Shown here in pieces: positions 17,341 to 25,835 of a stretch of 32,000 nt of DNA. The DNA is from Candidatus Scalindua sp. (GTDB lineage: Bacteria; Planctomycetota; Brocadiia; Brocadiales; Scalinduaceae): positions 2,010,001 to 2,042,000 of the forward strand of contig JALDRA010000001.1 in NCBI GenBank assembly GCA_031316235.1, given 5' to 3'. The notes beneath the pieces were generated by a model. The model made no database searches, had not been told where the DNA came from, and worked only from the letters and a program-made list of their open reading frames with translations. Each line of letters begins with the position of its first letter. Within the stretch, counting starts at the first letter, position 1. The position numbers and the translations under genes were made by a program.

Positions 17341-18654
17341 TTATCTGTTGGTTCTCATATAATCAGAAAGAGTGTTTTGTTCGGGGCTGCTGCCGGTTTT
17401 ATTCGACCCTGTCAAAAGAAGTCTGCCGGTTGACGAACCCGTACAGGGAGAAACCTGGCTGTAGGCTTGAGGAGAAGAGACGAAAGGAACCGTTATGGTA
17501 ACCATTACGCCGGCAAACCAGCGAATACTGGCCGAGCATGCTGCGATCTGTAAAATGTGTATTGTACCTCTGCGTATCGGATGCCATTTTATTGTTACTG
17601 CCTGTAAAGGTATAGTCTTCCATGCCGGTATTACTATCAGGTGCGCAAGGGTAAAGGAAGATGCAGAACAATAGGCCACAGCACCGATAATCGAAATATA
17701 TAAAGCAAATGTGATAAGGAAATGTTCATCGAATAATCCGGTTAGCTGTGTCGTACCAGCAGCGAATAAACATATGGCGAGCACAACTTCCCAATACCCC
17801 ACGGTAAAGGGTAATTTCCAGCCGCTTTTAACCTGTTTTCTTATCGCCAGAATAATCAGAAATGGCAGCCACCATAGCCCGATAGACCAGAAAAACAGAG
17901 AAAATCCCTTCAGGAACGAAAGCAATTCTCCCAGGGGGCCTCCCGTCATGTGTATCTGCTGATGTAATGCGGCACAGACAACCGCTGTAACAGCCGCAGC
18001 CCCGGTATTCATCCAATACGATGACAGCTCTGTATCATGGGTGACCGGATAAAAAACTAACCGAAAGATCATGAACGTCATAAACATCAGGCACAGAAAT
18101 GTGCCAACAGACCACAACGCAAACGAAAAATATTGGATAAGCAGTGTATGTCCTGTAGCCTGTCCGGCAACATCTATACTCAACAGGGCCGTAAACTGAG
18201 TGCCTACCACAACAAAGAACCAGCCTCCGTGGAGGATATCTTCTATCCTTCGATCTTCAGATTTACGGTACAGAAACAGAATAGTGAACGAAGACAGCGT
18301 GATGCTTACCCAGAGGACAAGAGCCGCATACCAGAAAATGTATGTAACGGTATGCCATCCAAACAGCCTGGAAGCACAGATACCCGTAAGAGCTACAATC
18401 CCGACAAGCGAGAAAGAGTACAGCAGCTTTTGAGGATCGAGCAATTCATGCAAGAGATCTTTATAGTATAAGATCGCCTTGATAACCAGAAAGAGCGCCA
18501 CGGTAAAGAACACTCCCATACCAGTGGTAAAGAGATAGAAAGATACGGAGTTGTAGTCATAAGAAGACGCACTGAGCGCCATCATGATCGTAGCTATACC
18601 CACAATAAACCAGCGGGTGGTTATCGAATATGCCGCGAATTGTAATATATTCAT
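17341..18654 (-). CDS. TDT-family (TehA/SLAC1/Mae1-like) anion channel/transporter with ~90 aa C-terminal extension
   Basis: About 10 TM helices. Segments align by eye to E. coli TehA (HELLDPQKLLYSFSL vs AEVRHPVLSSFVSL; PFTVGYWEVVLAICLFAAGT vs [20 protein letters not shown]). Start taken at M20, 4 nt after the narK stop. Confidence 0.65.
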   Translation of the reverse strand: MNILQFAAYSITTRWFIVGIATIMMALSASSYDYNSVSFYLFTTGMGVFFTVALFLVIKAILYYKDLLHELLDPQKLLYSFSLVGIVALTGICASRLFGWHTVTYIFWYAALVLWVSITLSSFTILFLYRKSEDRRIEDILHGGWFFVVVGTQFTALLSIDVAGQATGHTLLIQYFSFALWSVGTFLCLMFMTFMIFRLVFYPVTHDTELSSYWMNTGAAAVTAVVCAALHQQIHMTGGPLGELLSFLKGFSLFFWSIGLWWLPFLIILAIRKQVKSGWKLPFTVGYWEVVLAICLFAAGTTQLTGLFDEHFLITFALYISIIGAVAYCSASSFTLAHLIVIPAWKTIPLQAVTIKWHPIRRGTIHILQIAACSASIRWFAGVMVTITVPFVSSPQAYSQVSPCTGSSTGRLLLTGSNKTGSSPEQNTLSDYMRTNR

Positions 18655-18658
18655 ACTA

Positions 18659-19903
18659 TTAAAGTGTAATCGGTTCCCGCTCCTTGTTACCCTTCGTAAG
18701 GATATTCTCATTTTCTGTTATATCATTGTCACTCTTTCTAAATGTCTTCTTTTCCATAAAGGAGAGACACATCAGGCAGACAAGAGATATGAAGATAAAG
18801 CCTAGAGAATTATTGTTGGTATACTCCTTGATAGTGCCCATTATTATGGGGAGAAAAAAACCTCCAAGCCCTCCGGCCGCTCCCACCAAACCTCCGACGG
18901 TACCGGTGTCTTTTGGAAAATATTCCGCAACGAGTTTAAAAACAACACCGTTGCCGATACCTAATAAAATTGCCATGCAATAAAAGGCTGCAGTACCAAG
19001 CATCAGAGAACTGTTCAGGTTCAGATAGAAGAGCACACCAATAAGTGAAACGGAAAGAATTGTTAAGAGGTTTCTTCCCGAAAATATGTCTCCCAGGTAT
19101 CCTCCCAAAATTCTTACAAAAGTTGCCAGAAATACAAATATTGAAGTTAACGTTCCCGCTTTTACCGGTGTAACGCCGAACGTATCTATGAGATAAGATG
19201 GCAGAAACAACGCAAAGCATACAAAAAAACCAAAGGTCATAAAATAGAAAAGGGAAAATACCCATATCAGGTGAGAAGACTTATATACCTTTATCTTATC
19301 ATTAAATGTTTGAGCTCTGGCGTTCTTGGGTTTCGGTGCATCAGCAGAAAAAAACCAGTAAATGGCGGCCATTACAAGTAACGGAATGGAGTAGAAGATA
19401 AACACCTTGTTCCATCCCATAGATTCCGCAATAAACGGTGCACCAAAGACTGCAAGGGCAGTGCCTATATTCCCGACACCATAAATTCCCAGCGCCAATC
19501 CCTGTTTTTCTCTGGGATACCATTGCGATATCTGTGGAATACCAACAGCAAATGATGCACCGGCCACACCAAAGAAAAACCCGCATACGAGTAACATCAG
19601 GTAACTGTGTACAAAACCCGCAAAGAACATGGGGAAAAAAGTAAATAACATGAGCGCACTGAAGATCTTTCTTCCGCCATATTCATCAGTTAAAATACCG
19701 ATAGGCACTCTGACAATCGAACCGAGTAAAACCGGTGTCGCAAGTAACAATCCTACTGCTGATGAAGACAGATTGAATTCCGCCTTCATATATACCGCTA
19801 AAGGGCCAAACAGAGACCAGCCGGCAAAGCATACGGCAAAAGCTAACGTACCAAGTATCAGAACTCTTGTGTTTCCCTGTAATGTGACTGCAGAGTTACT
19901 CAT
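18659..19903 (-). CDS. narK: NNP-family MFS nitrate/nitrite transporter
   Basis: 12-TM MFS with nitrate-signature glycine motifs (GIYGVGNIGTA; GLVGAAGGLGGFFLP) and conserved TM2/TM8 arginines (SIVRVPIG, FVRILGG). Confidence 0.85.
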   Translation of the reverse strand: MSNSAVTLQGNTRVLILGTLAFAVCFAGWSLFGPLAVYMKAEFNLSSSAVGLLLATPVLLGSIVRVPIGILTDEYGGRKIFSALMLFTFFPMFFAGFVHSYLMLLVCGFFFGVAGASFAVGIPQISQWYPREKQGLALGIYGVGNIGTALAVFGAPFIAESMGWNKVFIFYSIPLLVMAAIYWFFSADAPKPKNARAQTFNDKIKVYKSSHLIWVFSLFYFMTFGFFVCFALFLPSYLIDTFGVTPVKAGTLTSIFVFLATFVRILGGYLGDIFSGRNLLTILSVSLIGVLFYLNLNSSLMLGTAAFYCMAILLGIGNGVVFKLVAEYFPKDTGTVGGLVGAAGGLGGFFLPIIMGTIKEYTNNNSLGFIFISLVCLMCLSFMEKKTFRKSDNDITENENILTKGNKEREPITL

Positions 19904-19967
19904 AATACAATATCTCCTGTAACCTATAAGATAAAAAATTTTTCAAAACAATCATAGCATTGAAATG

Positions 19968-20372
19968 CTATATATACTGAGAAAATTCGAAGCTGGACTG
20001 AACCTTTGAGGGTAAATTGTAATAGTGATCATCAACAATGAGCTTACTGTTCTGTTTGATATAAAACAGTTGGTCTTCCCGTCCTTTCATCAGAGTAAAA
20101 TACCCATTTACCGTTCCATCCCTGATCAACATGGATAAGGTCTTTTCATGGTCATAGGGATGTGCATACAGCTCATTAATCTTTTTTCCAATCAGATCAT
20201 CAGGAGAGGTGAAACCGAGAAGCCTTGCACCTTCAATATCAATATTCAAAAGGACACCATCATACGATGATTCATACTCAAACCATCCCTTTTTTGTCGC
20301 TTTTGTTCTAACGTCCGGTTTTCCTTCTTGATTTTTTGTTTTTTCTCCTGTTGACAAAATTGAGTCATTCAT
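19968..20372 (-). CDS. Stand-alone PAS-like domain protein
   Basis: 134 aa. GARLLGFTSPDDLIGKKINELYAHPYDHEKTLSML...GYFTLMKGREDQLFYIKQNS resembles a single PAS fold. No other domain. Confidence 0.5.
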   Translation of the reverse strand: MNDSILSTGEKTKNQEGKPDVRTKATKKGWFEYESSYDGVLLNIDIEGARLLGFTSPDDLIGKKINELYAHPYDHEKTLSMLIRDGTVNGYFTLMKGREDQLFYIKQNSKLIVDDHYYNLPSKVQSSFEFSQYI

Positions 20373-20470
20373 TAATAACTCCTTTCATAATAAATATAGT
20401 GTTCTAAAAATAGCACTGATAAACCTAACCATACTTCCCATAGTTCTGTGAAAGCGTTAATCCCACACTG

Positions 20471-21973
20471 CTACTTTTTTTTCCGGCGAGAATTTTCCTC
20501 CTTTATAATCTCTTCTTCTCCATCCTCTGGTGGAAGAATATTTTCGAATCTCAAATTGCGATACTCTCTCTTGAACTCCTGAATGTTATCTTCGATAAAG
20601 GACTCCCTTTTTCGGAAATTAATTGCACCGATTTCACCAAATACACTGAAAGGGTTTGATATCTTGTACTGCTGTTCTCTGCCATATCCACGCTCTTTGT
20701 TCAATTGATACCCATCCATGATAGCTGTCAGGAAGCCTACCGTTACAATAACCGCGGCACCAATTAAGGTCTTTTTGGGAAGGGCCATGTTTTTTATCAT
20801 GTAGCCGACACTCATTTTTCTGTGTACCAGCGAGGCGATAACGATTGCGGGAATAATAATCATGAGCATGAGAGACTTTATCATGGTATTAATGTTATTT
20901 ACCGTAACGAATGCTTCATCGGCATCTATTTCCACCATGAGCCCCATGTCCAGATCTTTCAGCCATGACCATGCGCCGACGACTTTAATGCCGCCATAAT
21001 CATGATATCCCTCCAGGTTGTGGCCGGTTGCCTTTTCCGTTACGCATGCTGCTACTCCTCTGGTTAACATGTTTGTATAAGGGTCCTGAACTCTGTGACA
21101 CGTTTTGCAGGCATCATTCGCATCTTTCAAATGATGACTGGAAAATTTTGATTCGGTAATCATGGTACCGTCTTCATTTACTAAATAGGTTTCCCCTGTC
21201 TTTCCTAATACAAAATTTTTCATTACATCATCCAGCATGGACATCTCCATCCAGAGTAAAACAGCCCCGGTGACCTGATGGTCAGGCCCCTTGATGGGGT
21301 ATGATATAAAGAGAGAAGGCTCCTCATCCTGTTCTTCATCGGGAAGTATATCCGGTGTGTGCTGCATGCTCTTCCATGGTCGGTATGGCTCTACAGGAAT
21401 TTTATTATGCAGGATTTTATCAACGGAGAAGTGAGTAATACCGGAAATATGTGGTTTTCCATCATGGAGAGTCTTCTTGACCACTTGAAAGGGGTTGTGC
21501 CTCACAATATTCATACCCTCAAGTTTAAAGGTATTTTCCTTCATGATATCCATGCCCGTAAGTGACTTTTCACTTAAAGTAGCCAGGTGGATTTTACCAG
21601 CAGCATCACAGACAAATATCCCTTTATAACCATAATCCGTCTTTGCACATTCCATTTGAGCTTTTAATCGTAAATACTCCTGCTCGTTGCCTTCATCTAT
21701 TATACTCACGAAATCTTTGTATCCGTAAATCAGTTCGGTACTTTGAATAGCATCGGAAATAGAACGTGCATGAGATTTTCTCTCTTCCAGAAAAAGGGTT
21801 AGACTGCTCTTTTGTTTAAGGAGCGCTTCATTCAGATTTGTTTTAACATGCTGTTTCAATTCATCCTTTGCATTGGGAAATGCAACAATTCTGAACAGCA
21901 TAAGTGGTAACAGAGAAAAAAAGATCAGGGTAATGGTAATGATCACTATACTTTCTTTAAATAACCTTTTCAT
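20471..21973 (-). CDS. Membrane-bound Cache-type sensor protein with CxxCH haem-c motif and no recognisable output domain
   Basis: N-terminal TM, ~340-aa extracytoplasmic domain paralogous to the sensor domain of the histidine kinase at 29961-32000 (GETYLVNEDGTMITESKF vs SEIYIVNKEGFMITESRF). CKTCH at nt 21095-21109. Two further TMs and a ~90-aa charged tail. Confidence 0.6.
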   Translation of the reverse strand: MKRLFKESIVIITITLIFFSLLPLMLFRIVAFPNAKDELKQHVKTNLNEALLKQKSSLTLFLEERKSHARSISDAIQSTELIYGYKDFVSIIDEGNEQEYLRLKAQMECAKTDYGYKGIFVCDAAGKIHLATLSEKSLTGMDIMKENTFKLEGMNIVRHNPFQVVKKTLHDGKPHISGITHFSVDKILHNKIPVEPYRPWKSMQHTPDILPDEEQDEEPSLFISYPIKGPDHQVTGAVLLWMEMSMLDDVMKNFVLGKTGETYLVNEDGTMITESKFSSHHLKDANDACKTCHRVQDPYTNMLTRGVAACVTEKATGHNLEGYHDYGGIKVVGAWSWLKDLDMGLMVEIDADEAFVTVNNINTMIKSLMLMIIIPAIVIASLVHRKMSVGYMIKNMALPKKTLIGAAVIVTVGFLTAIMDGYQLNKERGYGREQQYKISNPFSVFGEIGAINFRKRESFIEDNIQEFKREYRNLRFENILPPEDGEEEIIKEENSRRKKK

Positions 21974-22033
21974 ATTCGCACCTCTTCCAAGATAAAATTA
22001 TTCTGGCATACGTTTTATTCGTGCCTTGTTTCA

Positions 22034-22402
22034 TCAATCAACTATTTCGTTAAGACATACCTTGATATCATCCATGCTGAACGGTTTCCTAATTACTTTT
22101 TTTGCACCCTTACCAATTGCCCTCATTGCCAGATCTTCACACGTATAAGCAGTGATAATTATGATATTGGAGGGATGGTGTGCTTTCTGTATCTGTTCCA
22201 ACAGCTCAATCCCATCCATACCGGGCATCTCCATGTCTAATACTATAGCAGTATAGTTCTCTCTTTTTATTGCCTGGAGCGCTTCGAGACCGCATGTTGC
22301 CACCGTTGTCTCATAGCCTATATCTGACAGTGAATTTGACAATACTTTCCGATACCCTTCTTCATCATCTACAATCAGTATTTTTTTTGATAGTATCCGC
22401 AT
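22034..22402 (-). CDS. Single-domain response regulator (receiver only)
   Basis: KILIVDDEEG ... VLDMEMPGMDG ... ITAY ... KPF receiver motifs. Alternative GTG start at 22441 has a GGGAG RBS. Confidence 0.85.
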   Translation of the reverse strand: MRILSKKILIVDDEEGYRKVLSNSLSDIGYETTVATCGLEALQAIKRENYTAIVLDMEMPGMDGIELLEQIQKAHHPSNIIIITAYTCEDLAMRAIGKGAKKVIRKPFSMDDIKVCLNEIVD

Positions 22403-22561
22403 AGTTTCAATTTTTTTCAAAAACAGAGTCAATCCATACACATGACTCCCGCAACCGATATGCCTGTAACAAAAATGAGATGCAAAATATTCATAAGTGC
22501 CTGATTTTCATAAAGATAAAATTTGTAAATAATTATATCACCATCGTGTGTCAAATCAGTA

Positions 22562-22693
22562 CTGCAACCTTTCTGGTTCGGGCATATTTTTTTCACAGGC
22601 ATAAACCTTTATTGTTATAAGAGATAGAAAATAAGACGGAAAGGTTGCAGGTGGAAACAGTTTGGTTCCACCAACTGGTGGAACCTTTTAATT
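22562..22693 (+). ncRNA. Candidate structured small RNA / orphan riboswitch-like element
   Basis: Perfect 12-bp long-range stem (CTGCAACCTTTC 22562-22573 with GAAAGGTTGCAG 22639-22650). It is immediately followed by mutually exclusive GGTGGAA/TTCCACC pairings and a 9-bp hairpin plus T-tract. No convincing promoter was found. Confidence 0.3.
22664..22693 (+). terminator. Intrinsic-terminator-like hairpin
   Basis: GGTTCCACC-AACT-GGTGGAACC (perfect 9-bp stem, 4-nt loop) followed by TTTTAATT on the plus strand. Confidence 0.45.
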
Positions 22694-22874
22694 CGTGAAT
22701 AACATATCTGGATACATAAGGTTTCACGCAAGACATCATAGCCGCCTGCATGTATTCTTCCGTCAGCAGACAGGTAAACACTATAAAGCTGCATATAAGG
22801 AAAGAATCACAAATAAAATAATGAGTCGAAAAGGCTAATTCACTCTTCATTCAAGATGGTGACACCATGCCCTG

Positions 22875-23285
22875 TCAGCCAAGAATTAGAGGGTTCCGTT
22901 TGGAACGTTGGCGAAGCCAGTTAATCGTCCGGAGTACCCGGGGACGGGTAACCAGCCACCGCTCAAGCCTGTATTTACCCGGAAAGTTCAAAAGCATTAA
23001 TCCGATCACTATCGTCAATATGCCCTGGCCAGGCAGCACCAGCATGGCAATACCAATTATTATGAAGATATATCCGAACAGGTTCCGTCCTATGATCAAT
23101 ACCCAAAGTAATAGAGGATGCCAGCCAGAATACGCCGATTTATGCTGCTCTCGATGAGCGAAATAGTCTTGAGGGATTCTGACTATCAACAGGGGAACTA
23201 CGACCAGAGTAGCAACAAACGTAACGATTGAGGACGCGGCTAACCACCAGATGATTGTCTCATGGGTGTGTATGAATTCCATCAT
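22875..23285 (-). CDS. PGPGW-family small membrane protein
   Basis: Three TM helices. IGIAMLVLPGQGILTIVIGLMLLNFPGKY matches the PGPGW-domain pattern (here PGQG). Start trimmed to M45 (23285). Confidence 0.5.
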   Translation of the reverse strand: MMEFIHTHETIIWWLAASSIVTFVATLVVVPLLIVRIPQDYFAHREQHKSAYSGWHPLLLWVLIIGRNLFGYIFIIIGIAMLVLPGQGILTIVIGLMLLNFPGKYRLERWLVTRPRVLRTINWLRQRSKRNPLILG

Positions 23286-23753
23286 TGTACAGGCAATAAC
23301 GTAGGTTGATCCATTGAGGCGGTTTCCTCTCAGTTCATTTTGCTCAGTTTGATTTTTTGAAACTGCAAATTTCCAATTTCTGGTGACCTGGCACCGGCTG
23401 AGGAGCTGCAATTTCAATTTTAGTAATTACAACGGTATATTGCAAGGCATTATTATGATTTGTCAATGGTGCAAGTGACTTAAATTATTTATCCTCATAC
23501 AAAGCACATCACAAATAAGGATTGACTGTCAAAAAACCTTTGAATTATTTCACAATAGTTTATAGTATCAATACTTCAGCAGTTTCTTTCTTATATTCCC
23601 GAACTGCCATATACTAACGTACCCGTAAAAGAGAGAGAGTAACAGCCATAGAATAAGAAGGCTTATCAGTGCGGCTGATTCATGTCAGGTATAGACCATA
23701 GTAGTATATAGTTTTCGTTCACGCACTATAAGTGATATGGGGAACAAATAATC

Positions 23754-24098
23754 ATGGACTTTAAAGGGCTGATCACATTAGCGGGATACGGGATTGAAAC
23801 CATCGGCGTTCTTATAATAGTTGCTGGTTCTCTGGTGCCTTCATTTCGTTTTCTCTTGCATTTCACCAAAGAACCGGAAGGGCTTGCATATCGTATATAC
23901 CGGCGCCAACTAGGTCGTGCAATAATCCTCGGTTTGGAGTTCCTCATTGCAGGGGACATCATTCGGACAGTAATTGTCGCAGATACTTTAAAAAACGTCA
24001 CCATATTAGGGCTTATAATCCTCATTCGAACTTTCCTGAGTTTTACGCTTCATCTTGAGGTTGAGGGGCATTGGCCATGGAAGAAAGTGCAAAAATGA
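23754..24098 (+). CDS. DUF1622-family membrane protein
   Basis: 114 aa. ILGLEFLIAGDIIRTV and IRTFLSFTLHLE segments are characteristic of DUF1622. Confidence 0.6.
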   Translation: MDFKGLITLAGYGIETIGVLIIVAGSLVPSFRFLLHFTKEPEGLAYRIYRRQLGRAIILGLEFLIAGDIIRTVIVADTLKNVTILGLIILIRTFLSFTLHLEVEGHWPWKKVQK

Positions 24099-24206
24099 TG
24101 AAAAGAAATTAGACGTTACATCTCCTGACAACCGGGAGTTGGTGTCACCTGTTGAGAATAGTGAATAATATGATGGAATATACTCATCCAATCGGATGGT
24201 AAATCG

Positions 24207-24286
24207 ATTATACTCATCTCATACTGGCTTTCGGAAAAATCCGAGATAAATTTGAGCGAGTAAAGTCCTCGACGCCTGGTTTTTTC
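24207..24286 (-). repeat. Dispersed structured repeat, copy C (partial, hybrid of the short and long variants)
   Basis: ATTATACTCATCTCATACTGGCTTTCGGAAAAATCCGAGATAAATTTGAGCGAGTA matches copies B/D. The following AAGTCCTCGACGCCTGGTTTTT matches the extra internal segment of copy A in reverse complement. The hairpin-rich AAAACCGAT end is missing. A 12-nt echo of the terminus (ATATACTCATCC) lies at 24178-24189. Confidence 0.6.
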
Positions 24287-24524
24287 CTTGCCTTGTTGGT
24301 GCAGTTCTTTCATCCGTTAACAACGGCGAACGTTTTATTATTTCCGGGTTGTCTAAGAAGCTCGCTTGAACGACTCATTCAGGATGGCGTGCTTATGCAC
24401 AAAAAAATGTTGAAGGTTAAACAGGAAAGAGTAATAATATGATGCTGATTGCCTTGGAGAACAGAATTAGTCTTTTCTTAAATTTTCAAATAGGCTTTTA
24501 TAGGAAAGAAGTGGATTAACTATC

Positions 24525-24716
24525 ATGAAAACAAAAATGAATATGGTTTATTGGAAGGGAGAGAGGTTCTGGATTGGGAAGCTTCTCGATCACCCAGAAA
24601 TCATGACGCAGGGAGAGACATTAGAAGAACTGGAGGAAAACATCAAAGACGCATACCTGCTAATGGTAATGGATGAAGTCCCAGAAAAGCACGAGATAAA
24701 AGAAATTACAATATGA
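24525..24716 (+). CDS. hicB: HicB-family antitoxin (short form, no DNA-binding domain)
   Basis: 63 aa. FWIGKLLDHPEIMTQGETLEELEENIKDAYLLMV matches the HicB/UPF0150 core (...G..tqGeTleEa..n.keA...). Confidence 0.75.
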   Translation: MKTKMNMVYWKGERFWIGKLLDHPEIMTQGETLEELEENIKDAYLLMVMDEVPEKHEIKEITI

Positions 24717-24889
24717 AACGTAAAGAATTTGTCAGGCAACTTCTCAGAGATGGGTGTTTGTTCTTACGGTCAGGAGCAAATCACGATATTTATGTAAATC
24801 CAGACAATGGCAAAATACAACCTGTTCCCAGGCATACGGAGATTGATAATATTTTGGTGAAACATATCAGAAAATTTTTAGGATTGTAA
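24713..24889 (+). CDS. hicA: HicA-family mRNA interferase toxin
   Basis: 58-aa ORF not in the supplied track (below cutoff): MKRKEFVRQLLRDGCLFLRSGANHDIYVNPDNGKIQPVPRHTEIDNILVKHIRKFLGL. HicA/YcfA pattern (K.el...L...G....r..gsH..........vP.H.ei...l...I.k..gl). Its ATG overlaps the hicB TGA (ATGA). Confidence 0.75.
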   Translation: MKRKEFVRQLLRDGCLFLRSGANHDIYVNPDNGKIQPVPRHTEIDNILVKHIRKFLGL

Positions 24890-24932
24890 AGATTTTTGCC
24901 CTTTTACCTTTATGGTTAAGGTGTGATACTCA

Positions 24933-25835
24933 TTGTCAGAGATACCGACGACATCCCAGGAGCTTGACAGTGAGACCGGTTTGTACTATTATGGCGCGAG
25001 ATGCTACGATCCGCTGCTGGTCAGGTTTACGACTGCAGACCCGATAGTCCCCGATCCTACAAACCCCCAGTCGCTCAACAGGTACAGCTACGTACTGAAT
25101 AATCCACTGAAGTACATCGATCCTGCGGGACATGGCTTTTTAGATTTGTTTAAAGATTTACTTTCAAGCACAACAGATGTTATTTCGGATACTGTTCAGT
25201 CTGTTGAAATATTTTTTAATATCGGAAGTGTAGTTGCTACTGGTACAGATGGTACTCAAAATCCGTATTATAACCCAGGCCAAATAACAACACTAACCAA
25301 GCAGGCTGTTAGTAATTATGGTAGAACTCCCATTAATGCTAGTTCGTATGGTTGCAGTTCGTTTGAAGGAGGAGATGATTATGAAAACAATTCTTTGCAA
25401 ATTGGAAGTACCCGAACGTATTTATATAATGGACAAGATAGTCTAACAGCTTCAAAGCTCTACATACAAATTCTAATAGGGAAAGCAGCAGAACAGTTCG
25501 GTATTAAAGACGTTGCAGCATCAACTGCGATTCTTACAGGCGCACCTTTAATACCAAAAAGATTTAATACTCCGGGTTCAACTAAAGGAACTTCAGTTGC
25601 ATCAAAATTTCTTTCAAAGATATCAGGAAGCATACCTGTTGGATTACCAACGATAACAGGTTTTCCTAGAATTCTTGGTGGTAATAGGCTCAGAGTATCG
25701 CTGACAACTGCAGTAGGAAGATTTGCAGGAAGAACAGTTCCTATAGTTGGATGGGGTGTTCTTGCATATGATGTGGGCATGACGTTTTACATGACGCAAG
25801 TAGAATTTAACCGAATAACTAAAGGTGAAGAATGA
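24933..25835 (+). CDS. Orphan Rhs/YD-repeat C-terminal cassette: end of the RHS core plus an unrecognised ~235-aa toxin domain
   Basis: Starts with ...ELDSETGLYYYGARCYDPLLVRFTTADPIVPDPTNPQSLNRYSYVLNNPLKYIDPAGHG, the last YD repeat and the DPxGx cleavage motif of RHS-repeat-associated core domains. The reading frame opens only 2 codons upstream (TGA at 24924-24926). The only start is TTG, and there is no Rhs shell upstream. Confidence 0.75.
   Translation: MSEIPTTSQELDSETGLYYYGARCYDPLLVRFTTADPIVPDPTNPQSLNRYSYVLNNPLKYIDPAGHGFLDLFKDLLSSTTDVISDTVQSVEIFFNIGSVVATGTDGTQNPYYNPGQITTLTKQAVSNYGRTPINASSYGCSSFEGGDDYENNSLQIGSTRTYLYNGQDSLTASKLYIQILIGKAAEQFGIKDVAASTAILTGAPLIPKRFNTPGSTKGTSVASKFLSKISGSIPVGLPTITGFPRILGGNRLRVSLTTAVGRFAGRTVPIVGWGVLAYDVGMTFYMTQVEFNRITKGEE

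Noticed and set aside
22593-22850. 85-aa minus-strand ORF in the 22.4-22.9 kb gap
   Set aside because: No RBS, a Cys/Phe-rich odd composition and no motif. It overlaps the strong plus-strand stem/terminator structure, so the region is better explained as non-coding.
22867-23157. 96-aa plus-strand ORF as a possible target gene of the riboswitch-like element
   Set aside because: It is entirely antisense to the PGPGW membrane protein gene, which has a convincing TM/motif pattern, and its own translation is Arg/Ser/Pro-rich noise.
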